Shown here: positions 31,500 through 44,657 of the stretch, piece after piece | How the letters are laid out: each line of letters starts with the position of its first letter | Position numbering within the stretch: the first letter of the stretch is position 1 | Assembly: GCA_977018835.1 (NCBI GenBank) | Contig: OZ361257.1 | Coordinates: 1,612,001-1,676,000, forward strand | DNA from: Minutocellus sp. GHC0000111 | Lineage: Eukaryota | Length of the DNA stretch: 64,000 nt | Reading direction: 5' to 3' | Notes under the pieces: model-generated | What the model saw: only the letters and a program-made list of their open reading frames with translations | What the model was told of the DNA's origin: nothing | The model's database searches: none | Translations under genes and position numbers: made by a program

Positions 31500-34400
31500 T
31501 CAAACCAACTCTCCTCCTTCTGGAGGTGAGGATTCGCCGCAGTTGGCTTTCTCCTCCTTCTCCTCCTCCTCCTTTGCATCCCCCAATGCCTCCTTCTTAT
31601 TTGATTCTCCCTCGCTTTTTGTACCATTGACATCCTTCTTTTCTGGCTGCTTCGTTTCAACGAGACTCTCAGGTTTCTCTTTCGGCTTCGCACTGCTAGT
31701 GGTATCCGGTGCCGGGCCCTTTGCCTCCACACTGGAAGCAAGAACAGCAGCATCGTCAATGTTATTAGCGTCATCTTTTGATAGCTTTGACTGCATTGTT
31801 GCATCCCTTTTCGTCGACGTACTTTTGTCTTTCCTCTTCCTATTTTGTCCCCGTGATTTAGACCTACTAGTAGAGTCGCCCCGTGACTGTCTCGATCGCG
31901 ATTGACCTCGTTTTCGGTCGACCTTTGCTGCTGCAGTTTTGGATACTTTCGATCCACCATCGGTTTTTCCCGTCGACTTATCATCATTCTCACTCTCCAG
32001 TGTACTTGACCGACGGCGGTCGGTTTTCCTTGCCTCACTAATGTCCTTACTTTCCGTTTCCAGCGCTCTTGACCGACGTCGGTCGCTCTTCTTGGACGAT
32101 CTCGATTTCTTATTGCCATCTCTATCACGGTCACTATCAGCTTCCAGCGTACTCGACCTGCGACGATCATGTTTTCTTTTTACAATCTTGATTCCTTATC
32201 GTTGGTTTTGCTGCTCTTCTTCTGGCTTGGTTCAGAGTGTTCTGCTTCCTTACGACGCTCCATTTTGGTAGAGGACCGCTTAGACTTTCTCGATCTGGAC
32301 ACATCTTTATCTTCTTTGATTCCAATGCATTGCTCTCGTTATTCGAAGATTTCTTACTCATCAAAGTGCCAGCTCCTTCCATATCATTGTCTTTGGTGTC
32401 GGCTGGCTGCGTTAGCAAAGCGCGAGTTTCGATATCAGCAGCAATGGCTGCCTCTAAGTCAACATCAACACTACCGCCAGACTTGCGTCGGTCCGTATTC
32501 TGAGGTCCGCCGGAAACAATGTTATGGATCCGCCGTCTTCCCTTCCAAAGCATGTGGAGGGTAACTGCCATTGGGATGAGAAACATGAACCAAATAACGA
32601 GACACAGAAAGGGAATAATTTCTGCCGCCGAATGGTTTTCTTGCGCTTCTTTCACAAAGCCCGACGCGACCCCGACAAGACCGGAAATGGTGCCTTCGTC
32701 ATACGTGGCATCATCGTCTCCGACATTGTTGTAATCGGCAACGGCATCGGAAGAAGTTATCGACGAGTAAGTCATGGCAATTAGGAAAACTAGGAGCAGA
32801 GCGAAGGCATGAAACACAAAGGTCCCCGCCGTGACCAGACTATATCGCTTCCTTGGCTTCTTTCGAAGACCATCGAAGCAAAATATTGAAAATACGAGGC
32901 CATAGTGAAAAAATATCTCAAGGCCTGGTCTGCTCAGTGCAAGGACAAAGACAAAGGGCCTCAACCGCGGCGTAATAGCATACAGTGACCTTCGACCTGT
33001 CATCTCTTGCTGATTCATCGTATCCGTAAGTGCCACGGATGCTGCCAACAAATTGTCTAGAGTGTGATCAAAAGTTGCTGTCAAGTAAGGGGCAGTTCCA
33101 CTATTGAGACCATCAAAAATGGCCAAGCTCATGCTATAAATCCAAACCGATATCAGATACAGACAAAATACATTCCTCGCCCTCTGGCGGAGGTCGCCTT
33201 CTACCATCTTTGCAAGCAGATGCTGAGTGCGAGAATGTACCCTGGCATCGCCATTTTCAACCGCCACCGGCGCATATTCTACATTTGACAGTCGGCGGGT
33301 GGATTTTTGGCTGAGATCCAAGTCAGAGATGGCAAAGGCAGAAATGAGCAGTGCAAGATTGGCCACCACGTCAAACGCAAGGATACTCTGAACAAATCTA
33401 TCTGTTCCGGTAGTTGGCTTGACTTCAGCGAGCTTCTCGGATTCTACCACCATCTGCGCCATCTGCCAGCTCCGAATTAGAATACCACATATTGCGATGG
33501 CTCCCATCGCTCGTCTCGACTTGTAGAAATGTTTGCCCCGATCCGATACAGAAAAGTAATTTACAAATGCGTAGAAGAGACAGATATGCATCGAGAACTT
33601 GAACGTTTCTGCAATGTACGTGTTGCCGAACTGCTTCGTGGTCTCGATGAGGACAAGAATCCCTTGCAATGAATCCAAGAGGAAGACAGAGAGAGTGGAA
33701 ATAAAGAGCGCCTTGGCCCATTTCTTCTTCTTAGGGTTCAGGAGCTGTTGTGCTGAGAAAGCGATCGATCTTAGTGTTTTGCATCCAAGCCTTTTATGAC
33801 TGCTATCACTGAGATCATCCGCCTCGTTGTCGCTGACAGTGGCTTGCCATGCCCTGCGAAGAGTCGGCGCAAATCGAAAGCAGGCCACCAAAACCAGGCT
33901 GGCACAAGCGATGTCGAGAAAGGCGAAGCACATGGACCATACCAACCCCTCAACCAGGCTATCGGATGTCCAGAGCAAGAGAATATTGATTAAATATCCA
34001 ATTGCAAGAGAAAGCTTCCCAAAAGCAACGAAGGCGGCGATACCAACCGAGCCGGCCTTGTGAGGAAAGAGCGCTGCTTTGCTGAACGTTGCCAAGACGA
34101 AGGCATCATGCGAAAAAGCTCCGATCGACTCTGTAATAAAAGGTTGCAAAAGAGAGATAACGTAGAGGAAGAAGAAGAGGATATATGAGAATAATGTCGG
34201 TAGAAAGACAGGAAATGGTCCAAAAGGATTGTGATAACTCCGTCCAATGACACGTACCGAGCATTGAGAGAATCAAGGTGCCATCCTGCAAATCCCAACT
34301 GATCTCAATGTCTTTTTCCACGAGAGCATTGGGTCTGATTGTGATGTCGACGCATCGAGAAGTGGTGTATCGACAGAGATTGAACTCGGTCAATGATCCC

Positions 34401-37400
34401 ACGTCGTTAATGAGATACCAAACTGCCGATGCCAATGGTATCATTACCGCCAGGACTTGATAACCAAGCACAGCGATGTACATGGTGCGATGGTACCAAT
34501 CTTTGATTCCCTCTCTCTTTTTGCGCATCTCATCGGGCGTGAGGTGCCTATCCTTCTTGAGATATAGTGCGATCTCGTCATCCGTTTCGCCCGTTACGCT
34601 GTTCAATGCACGAAGCTCAATTCTCGTACAAATCCGGCCTTGCAGTAAAACAGCTGTCGTCATGGAAGAAACACCCAAGCATGCAGAGAGTGCCACCCTC
34701 GCCCATCTCTCTCCACCATCGTCTGCCCCCCCAGATCCATACTTGACTAGAAGCGAAATGTCCGCGATGGCGTAGGCAATACAAACCATGCCAACATAAA
34801 GCCCACAATGTCTTACAAAATACATTGCGAGGACAGCGCCTTTCTTGAGGATGAGATAAACCGCCATGATGTAGAGGGTAGTTTCAATGATACTTTCAAT
34901 AAGTTGGTTGCCGATGGCGAGGACAGGTTGCCATATAGGTACATCAGGAAGCGGTGCAAAGTCAAAGAAAGCCACCAAAAGAACGACGAGAACAACAACG
35001 AAGAAGGCTGAGGAAAATGCCACATACTTGGCAGGACCTCTCGTCTTTTGTCGAATGGTTGAGACGAAATTGGATTCGAGCGTTGCTGGAGTCAAAACGA
35101 CAATTCCTTCAGTACTATCAAACAAAGCCATCATTGAACGCCTTACTCGGCTGCCTCGCATGGCACTCCTCCTATCGACTCGGCTTGTCATCTGCACTCC
35201 ATCTTCCTTGTCGAGTAGTTGTTTCTGCTCCTCTTCGTCGTTAGTCTTGGAACTGCTCTGTGGACTCGAGGCTGCTGTAGTTGAAGTGCCGGTACTATTA
35301 TCCGCATCCTTGCCAGCAACCTGCTTTGAATCAACACCCTTTTTCTCGCTATTAGAAGCTGTATCTCCAGAGGAGTCCGCAGCGGCAGCCTGAGCAGTCG
35401 CTGTCGTTGTTGCCGCCCCCCCAGTGGTCGCTATGGCAGTTGCAGCTTGTTTGAAGTCGTTGTATTCTTCATCACTCTTGCTGCCATTAGAATCAGTATC
35501 ATCACCACTCTCCCCTCGCTTGGCCCTAGACTTCTTGCTCGACTTTGACTTTGAACGATGTCGGCGGCGGCTTTTTGATCTCCTCGACTTTGACCGGCGC
35601 TTATCAGCATCTCGTTTTGGCTTGGAAGCCCCACAAATCTTACACTCTTTTCGGCGCGCTGAATTCAATTTACCACATTCTTCTTTCGGGCAGCTCCAGC
35701 TTCCTGGCGCCGGTCGGCGCTCAATCTTATTTGATGAAGATTTATCGGCAGATTCTGTAACATTGGTTGCAGTCCAAGATGCTGGGACGAAGTCCATTGA
35801 TGCGTGCCTATTCGCTTTGTTTCGTTGAAGATTCTTGTCGGATTCCTTTTCAACATTGGATGCTACTGATGGAACAATCGATATCGATGCCCTTCTAATT
35901 GCCGTCCTACTAGTAAGTACCTGCTCCGATTTGTATGTGGCCGCCAATTCCATTGATGCACGGCGTTTGGTGGTATCCAAGCCAGCGAGATCCATCATAC
36001 TGAATGATGCTGATCCTCCAAAGGAAGCTCGGCGATTAGCAGTGCCATCGTCTGTAGATGGCTGAGACTTCGATGTTTCAACCATGGTTATGTGGTCAAT
36101 CGAAGCTCTTCGTTCTATAGAACCTCGGCGACTGCTTGCTTTGCCATCTGTGGCAGCAGCGCTCGGTGAATCAGTGACCATGCTGTGCAACAGATGTAAG
36201 TCGCTTCCGCTTTTAGGCAACGAAGTTTTCCTCTCACTAATCTCGGCCTCCTTCTCAAGAACAGCATTGGCGATCTCGAGAGCAGACGGAGCTGCGACAT
36301 TTACGTTCGAGACTGCCTTCTCTACTTCTGATCTAGTACCAGAGGATATCGACACAGAACGGCTTCTATGTCTACTTCTTCTACCCGACTTGCTGCGACG
36401 ATAACTCGATCTCAACCTCCTCCCATCGGATTTGCTTCGGCCCATGCTTTCCCGGCGGGAAGGTTTCTTTGGATCACCAGGCGAAAAGGATCTTGACCTT
36501 GACCGCGAACGGGACTGGTGAGATCGGCGGCGGCTGGAGCGTATCCTTGACTCCTTGCGTTCCCGAGACGGCGATCTAGAATGGTGAGATCGCCGGCGAT
36601 GTGATCGCTTTTCCCTTGATGGCGACCTGGAACGGGAATGGTGAGATCGCCGGCGATTCGATCGTTTCGGAGATTTGCTGCGATCTCTGCTCGAAGGCGA
36701 CTTCGAGTGGTGGGACCGACGATGACGGCTGGTAGACTTCTCTCGCTCTCCACGAGATTCGGACCTACGCGAACGTTCCCGACTTTTTGCCCCACCGTCT
36801 CTTCTTGACTTGCTACGGCTCTGTTTCCTGCGACTCTCGCTACGTGACAGTGGATTCTTCTTTTCTTTACGAAGGGGCGATGGAGAACGAGATTTGGTTC
36901 GCCTGCTTGTATTTTGTGTCTGCTTCGCACTATCGTCAATAGCATCGGTGGTCACGATATCACTACTAGTTTCCTTTGTAGCCTCGCCATTGGATCCAGT
37001 GAGCTTCGTGCGTAGCGCTCCGTCGTCATCGTCTAGATCCACTAGTAGTTTTTCATCCGTCGTCAATCCTGCCCTTCGAAGAAGGCCCGTTGCGAATCTC
37101 TTCCCTTTGCTTTTACCAGTATCCTCTTCGGTGTCAGCAGGAGATGACAGGAAGAGACCCATAGACACTTTGCGCCGTTGACGGGTGGCTGAAGTCGAGC
37201 GATCTTCGTCAATCTTATCATTCGCCTTGTCGCCGCCATCCTTTTCGTCATTATCTCCCGACGAATCGCTGAGTTGCTGCCCGTCTATATTCATGGCATT
37301 GCGCCTTTTTGATTCTTGTCTGCGCAAATTATCACCACCATCTCTCGATGTGCTCCGACTCCGATGAGGTCGCTTCTGGTGCGAATGGCGCTGATCAGAC

Positions 37401-38539
37401 GACGAAGGGACCGAATCTTTCGACCTGCTCCGACGCAGCTTCTCCCGCCGATGTCGGTCACCACGGTCGTGATGCGAATGCACGGAGTCCTGCCGCTTCG
37501 AGGTGGAATCACCCTCTCCCTCACGAGGTGTGCGGCAGGCCTTGCATCTCGTCCGCTTATCCGAATTGTGCAAAGTACAAGCACTGCACGTCCAACGTTT
37601 CGACGAGGATGTTGATGTCCGATGATGTGTTTCCCGATCTGTCGATCTGGACATGCTCCGATGGTGGCGATCTCCATCGATGGATCTGGAACGACTCCGA
37701 TGCTTGTGATGGCGTATCCGTTCCATCGATCTGCTCCTGCTCCTGTTTCTTTTGCTGCTGCTGTTACCGCGCGTCAGCTTCTTCTTGTCGTCCTCATGAT
37801 CGCTATCGGACATCGACCCTCTGCCGCTGCTGGTCCGACTACCGAAGCCCTCCAGCATGACGCCGCCGCCATCCTCGGGCTTGAGCTTGTTGCATGCCTT
37901 GCACCTCTCCCTGCGAGCCGAATTGAGAGTCTGGCACAACGGACAGGGCCAGCTTCCTGGTGCTGGACGTTTGCGTCCACTTTTCTTGGCATTATTATCC
38001 GAGGTGGCTTTGTGTGGTGGCGGCGGTGGCGGTGGTGGCGGCGGTGGCAGCGGCAGAGTATTGGTATGTGCTGAAGATGACTTCTGCGCATGATGGTAAT
38101 GTTCGCCATCAGCACCGCTCTTGTCCACCTTTGGCCTTTCGTCGGCAGAGGGAATGCCGCTGCTACTTCCGCCGTCGCCGCTTCTACTCTTGCGATCGTT
38201 GCTGGTACCAGTATTCATGCCAGCGCTCCCCGCCGACTTTTGTTCTGTAGTAACGTTGGAACGACCCCTCGACGGTCTCGGTGCGCCGAAGCCCACTTCG
38301 AGCTCAGTGCCGGGCTTGGCCGCGCCGCACACCTTGCATTCCGTCCTCCGAGCCGAGTTGAGCGTATCGCACTTGTCGTCGGGACAGCTCCAGCTCCCCG
38401 GGGCCGGCCGCCGCCTCTTCTTGGACGATCGTGCGTCTTTGGGAGCAGATGCGGATGCAGATGTGCTGGTGTTGGCGGGCTGTCCCTCTTGGCCCTTTTT
38501 GGTGGCCTCGCCGCCATCCTTCGTCCCCGACGATGTCAT
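31500..38539 (-). CDS. Very large protein: four RanBP2-type zinc fingers, RS-rich region, ~16 TM helices and a charged tail with two apparent frameshifts
   Basis: Fingers of the W.C..(..)C...NS.RR..CK.C type. Intron 34257-34131 (GTACGT...CAG) joins LSML|ESIGAF. The tail shifts frame near 32320 and 32185 into an open frame ending at 31500. Confidence 0.75.
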
Positions 38540-39358
38540 TGCGACAAAGGAACGGATAGAACCCACTTGGAGTGCTTGGGGTGGCTGTTATTGCTGCATA
38601 TTATCTCCTTCTCTGGTCGTTTGTGCGAAGAGAGAGTCGAGAGGCCAATATTTGATGGCGGGAGCGGTGCGCCAAACGAGTCAGAAGGCAAGGCCGGTCA
38701 TGACATCGACAGCATTTACATCGCGCCTCCCACTTTTTCACTCTCCGCAAAGGCGAAATAGTCTTTCTCTGTTTATCAAAAAAGATCTGCATGAATCTGA
38801 CACAGAAGAGTTTCAGTTTCTATTTATCGTCAGAAAAGTTAAGTTTCTCCCAGAAAATGCAAGAAATTTATGATGGATTCCTACAGAGCCCTCCCTCCGA
38901 ATGGCCCCATGCCATGGCCCACCCGGCGTCACTTATTCCGAGGTCATGGCGGAGAGCATCGGGAGACCGCACCGATCCATCAATTCGGCCCAATCCATCC
39001 ACACATCTCAGCCCATTTCTCATTCTATTCCAGCCGGCTGCATGCCTCCGAGGGCGACGACGACCTGTCATCCGTAGCAGTATCCAATTCGGCACAAGAT
39101 CTTACCCACCTCTCCCAGGGCAATAGTTTTTTTTTTCGCAATAAAACTTGCTCAAGCGATTGTAGCTTCGCAAACAATCTTTGGCGAAACTACGATTAGA
39201 ATTGCCTGTTGGTATTGGTTCTCATCGATCCAAGCCTCCACATTACATCCATCCTTGCTTTGTGTGGTCCCTGAGCTAGCTGATCAGTCTTCAGCCAAGT
39301 CAGCATACGCGTTTCCGCCACCTCGCTACTTTTATTTTTGGTCTGCTAAAATTCCACA

Positions 39359-42300
39359 ATGGCCCGCCGTGGAGGGAGACGTCCCAACAGACCCACGGCA
39401 TCGTCGCGAGAACCCTCCCCTGAGGAGCAGGCTGCTGCCGCTGAGGCCGACCAGATTCGACGTACATCGATGGACAAACTCGAACAGTTCGAGGTGGCCG
39501 ATCTCTCAGGCAATTCTGGCCGTCGGCAGTCGGCCGGAGCCGGTGTGGACATGAAGCAGCTCGACGATGCCGAAATGTACGGTCAGACGCAGACCCAGTC
39601 GCTCCCTCCATCTGCGGCTGAGTCGTCATCGTCGAAATGGCGCAAGAGACGCAAACCAAAGAGGTCTCAATCGGGAACCGAGGGGGCGGCATCTGCCACC
39701 GCTGCCTACGAGTATGATGCTCGCAATGCAGCCTCGGATTCGGCTCTGCAGGTATTGGGCCGACTGAAGTAGGGTCTGGACGACGCCGTCGTCGCCGAAG
39801 GCAGAGGTTCCGCCGTCGCCGCCCTGGACAACAACGAAACCATGCTGGAGCAAATCATGTCTTCTCAGAGCGGCAGTGAAGATGATGGTCATGTCTCTCC
39901 ACAACATTCTGCCGGTACGCAAAGTACTGCCGACTCGACAGCACGACCTGATCGCCGCCGACACTCCTTCGATGGTCTTACGGCCATTGCCAACGATTTG
40001 CTGGGTGGAGAAGAGAACTATGACTTTGATGATTGTGATTTGTACGGTGAAGGTGGCGATGGCGAAGGTGGCGATGGTGATGGAGACGGAACAGAAAATA
40101 ATCAAGACCGAGCCATTGTTCGGGAGAAACAACGCAAGAAGATGGCATCGTCTGCAGCCGAGGAGCAACGGCGAGCCTCATTCATGGAAAGTGTGGTGCT
40201 TGATGCAGATTCGGCCGCAGGGAAGAGACCCCCGAGAAAACTGGAAAAGAGTCGTCTCACTACTTCCATGCAAAGTATCAGCATGGAAGTTGATGGAGGA
40301 CAAGGTTCGATGAGTACAATGGGCAGTGTCGTTAGTGCCAGCAACAAGAAAGGATCCAAAACGACTGCAGACAGGACTGCTGCTGGTAGTACAAACACAT
40401 CCGATCGAGCTCCTGAAACACGGGCCTATATGGATTCTCTCTACAAGACCAATAATCAAGTTGAAGACGACCTGGAGGCTCAGATGAAGATGCACCTTTC
40501 TATATCGGCCATCCCATCTACCGATGTTATGCCCAAAAGATCTCTCACCCAACGAGTTAAGAATATGTTCAGCGGCAAGCTTCGGCGACCAATGACACCA
40601 ATAGTGCCACAGACGGAATCCAGAAGCAAAACTCCCCAGTATGGCTCCGAAACCAATGACGGCGCAAATTATAGACGTCGAGGCTCGCTGTACACCGAGG
40701 AAGAGGAGAATGCTTTGTCGGAGTACATCAACGATGCAGCATCCGTTGCCGCCGCTCTGGAGCTCGAGGGAGCGATATCATCGAGAATATCGGAGACCGT
40801 CCAGCGAGGCAGTCCTGCCTTCACGGTACCTCTGACGATGGTTGTGGCTCTGGCAATCCTGCTTCTTGCCCTACCGCTAGTTTACGTCCCACCGGCTCTA
40901 ACTCCGGCGAGTCCGCCGGCATGGGTTCCTGTGCTCACTATCGGTATCCCCATCACCGAATATGCTGTACAGATCCTCATTGTAGTTGCCTCATTGGCTG
41001 TTGCTTCGGCAGCAGGATCCGACGTTGCTCTTTACTTTGTTCGGCATTGCAGTTTCTACCTGGCTCTTGTATGCTCTGCCTACCTGAGTGCCGATATCGC
41101 CTACGTAAATCAGATCGGAGAGGGCGAGTCAGAACGTATCTTTCGCATGGTCGTCACGGGCCTGCTCGGCCTAGCATCTTTCCATACACTCTATACTCTC
41201 GAACGCACCATATGCCGCAAAGTTCAGCAACTTGCATATGCAAATGCTATGGAAGCTCATTCTGACGCTGAGATTGAACAATACTTTGGCAATCGAGACC
41301 AAGAGGCCGAAGAAAAACATCTTCAGAGACGAGTAAGGGCCAAAATATCGTTCCATCAGGTCGTATCTGGCGCCATCAAGGGTCTCCAAGGCCTTGCTGT
41401 ACTCATGACAGCGCGGGCGGTTGCTGGATATTTGATTCAAGATCTTGGAATGGCTGAGGACATTACGTTCGTCCGTCGATCTCTTCAAGAGGCTGGTGAA
41501 GCTGAAACACTTCTCGATGTTGAGATGAATGCTCAGGGAGGCAAGATGTTCCTATCCTTGATAGAATCCATCGGCGTTTTCTTGCACAGCGCCTTTGTTT
41601 TGTCTCTGTTCAGCGCTGCACTCCTGTCGCCCCACAATCTCGGACTACTTGGAGTTTCTGCCTTTGCTGCCGTGGGCAGGCTCGTTCTATGTGCGGGTTA
41701 CATTGCGAACCTGTTTTGGTCTGGTGTCCCCACGATGAGTGCCGACTTTCTTTGGTCATTTGGTCTGATTGGTAAGTGAAATGCATTGTGTCTTGATAAG
41801 CTGTCGCACTTCTCTACATTATCAAAGTTAACTTCTATATGTATTTATCCGCGCTCACAATACCTCGCATATTGCCGTACCCTCCTTTTCTGCAACAGCA
41901 ATTGAGGCAATATGCTGTGCACTTGTTCTGATTGCCACATGCTCTTGGACTCCTTTGGTAGGAGATATCTTCAAGAAGGGGGCTGAAGAGGGCACCGATG
42001 CTTCGTCGTCGCTTCAAGAAACCGAAAGAGCGCCTCATAGCAAGACCCTCCATTCCATTGCTTTTCCTGCTACTAGTAGAAATGAATCCCAGCCCAACAT
42101 TTGGACGAAAACTCTCTACCTTTCGTCACTTGGTGCACTCACCATCTACACCATTCAGGGAGTCCTTCTCCTTGACTATCACACATCGCTTTACAACAAC
42201 CATTTCATTATTGACGTGGTTGTTTACGGAATGATCATCTGCTTCGTTTATGCTTTCATCAATTACGTATCGGTTGCACGCAACGGCGAGTTCTACCGTT

Positions 42301-43241
42301 TGGCGAGATTCGCCATCGCCTTGATTGGCTTTGGTGGAGCGGCGCTTAGCGTGTGGCAGGTATTGGGGGTGGTCATTGGATGCGCCTACCAAGGAATGAC
42401 ACGAACAGATTCTCTCGTCATGGCTCTTCTCGGCGCCGGCATCTGCTCCAACACACTCATGTTTGTTTCAGCCCTTGCTCTCAAGGACATTAATACCGAG
42501 GCCATCACACCGATTAGCGCTTCTTCATCAGCGACCAACCTATCAGCAAGTGTAATGGCAACCAAGGCAGCCGAAGTCGCGAAGAATGCACCCCCACCTC
42601 CTCCACGAAGTGTCGAGAATAAGCTTCGGAAGAGAGCACTCATTTCGTTATGCCTTTACGTTCCGGCTGTGCTTGTTTACAGTCTTGTTCTCGCTATCTT
42701 TGACGGTCATGACGACCTTGTGGAGGCACCTCTCCCCCTGAGCACAATTGAAGAAGGAGAAGAAGCAAGTGGGGCACTTTCAAGCAGCTCATTACCCTCT
42801 GAGGCAGAATTCTCTTTCGTTGCGCACCTACCTGGCCTTCGTGTCCTCTTCCACTTCGGTTTGATCTTTGTCCTCTTTTGTGCCGATGGCATTCGCAAGC
42901 GACCATCGATGAGCGTCAGCCTCTCAACCGCTAGTCTCCTTTCTAGTCATGCTTTTGGCATGCTGGTAGTATTCTTTGTCCTCGTCTTTGATGTTGGGCA
43001 GATATCGATTCTTGGACGATCGGTTGGCGAACTCGTCGAAGCCGGCACAATGATTCTTTGGTTCTGTCTTTTGATACCGCTATCGCTATCTCTTCATCAT
43101 CTCTGCGAATATCGAAGCAAGCAGACACATCATCGTAGCCGATCCCTATCATTGGTCGGCTCGGTCACTGTCAATTCTGCAGCACCCTTTCACGGCGCTG
43201 CCATGCAGAGACCCGGCCACTTTGAATTAGACTTACTATAG
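39359..43241 (+). CDS. Paralogous ~16-TM membrane protein with a disordered N-terminus and an in-frame TAG at 39770-39772
   Basis: The TM region aligns by eye with the neighbouring gene (W.PVL.IG, YFVRHC..Y, ESIG.F.H.AFVL, YAF.NY.SV, LAIFDG, PGL...FH.GL.F..FC.DG.RK, LIP). Intron 41772-41898. ORFs 39359-39772 and 39842-41779 share one frame. Confidence 0.75.
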
Positions 43242-43331
43242 CTCTGTAAGATTTTAGATTGTAGATTTCATTTATAAGCAACAACTTTTTTACGGTACAT
43301 TCTCTCTCATAAGAATATATCTGGTGCACTC

Positions 43332-44137
43332 TTATGATAACGTCTTTCGTCTCTGCGAGTGGTGAGTGCCAAAGAGCTTGTCCAGAAACTCGATTTCCGC
43401 GTAGTTGCACGTAAGAATGCTGTGATGATAGTAGTGATATTCGCCATCAAAGAGATAACCGACGAAACCAGGAGGAGAAAAGCCACTGTGATTTGCCGCA
43501 CCATCGTAGCCGTGAAGAACGAAGTGCAATATATGAATAGGAAAGTGCGTTGGGAAAAGTAGGATGGCAATACCGAATGACGGGAGTTCCATCAGCGCAT
43601 ATTCACTCCAGCTATCCTCCCATGCAGCACTCGCCACGATGTTGTTCGGGTTCCGGTGATGTCTGCGATGGATCTGATAAAAGGCCGGAAAGTGCAAAAC
43701 GTAATGAATCACCGTCGCCCTGCATGGTGTTTAGCAAAGCAAAAAAGAATTAGAAAACGATGGTATGAGAAATCAAAACTTTGAGACCAAGATCAATGCA
43801 CCGATGAAATCATTCACCATAATTTTCCCAGAGTGTACCCTGCAAACAGTTTTACGAGAGAAACATGCCAAGGATCGTTGCATTCTTCAATGGCCTTTGA
43901 ACTTCGCATGAAGCAATATGTTATGAAGGGAAGGAAGAGAACGAGCTGGTCGGCGCAAAAGCTCTTCCACCCGTTGACGTAATCACGAAAAGTTGCAACA
44001 CGCTTCTTGTGAAGGGAATATTGCGACCATCTGCCACTGAGGTCCATGTACATTACGAACGCGGAGCAAACGAGATGCGAGACAATGAGAGCTGCACATG
44101 AACAGAGTGCTCTCGAGGAATCAGTTTGAGACATCAT
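43332..44137 (-). CDS. Fatty acid hydroxylase / sterol desaturase family protein
   Basis: His boxes HYVLH, IHRRHH, NHSG and HYYHH...NY; intron 43817-43720 (GTGAAT...CAG). Confidence 0.85.
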
Positions 44138-44657
44138 GGCGGATCAATGGTGCGTGCAAATAATGGGCTATTCCAATCGATATGTTGGGGCGGGTTTTGA
44201 GTACAGTTGTACTATTTTGAGGCTACAAGCCGCGTTGGCGATGATGCCGACGTCATTGCTCTGCCTCAGTGGCGTGAAAGATGCGGCCGCCGGTGCTGGC
44301 CCGCATCTTGAGAAATTATTTAGCCCAGGGTGTACGGTCATTTTGGAAACCCCCGAGAGAACCCGTTTCAGTTGCCTGCTGATTCGATTCTGATTCATTC
44401 TACAGCTGATGATCATGCATGTAACGGTGCGACGACACAGGGAGATGGCGATATTAGCTACGTGTAACTACATGTAGATCTACATCAAACTAGAGAGCAG
44501 TATGTCCTAGAATTCGTTCTACTTTCAAAAGGGCACATGAATACATGTCCTACGAGTATCAAATGCGAAAATGTGGCGGTTACCGCGGTCGGCGGTAATG
44601 TAGACTCTCTAGATCTGGATTAATCTAGCTACTACGAAGATATCTAATGCTCAGCGC

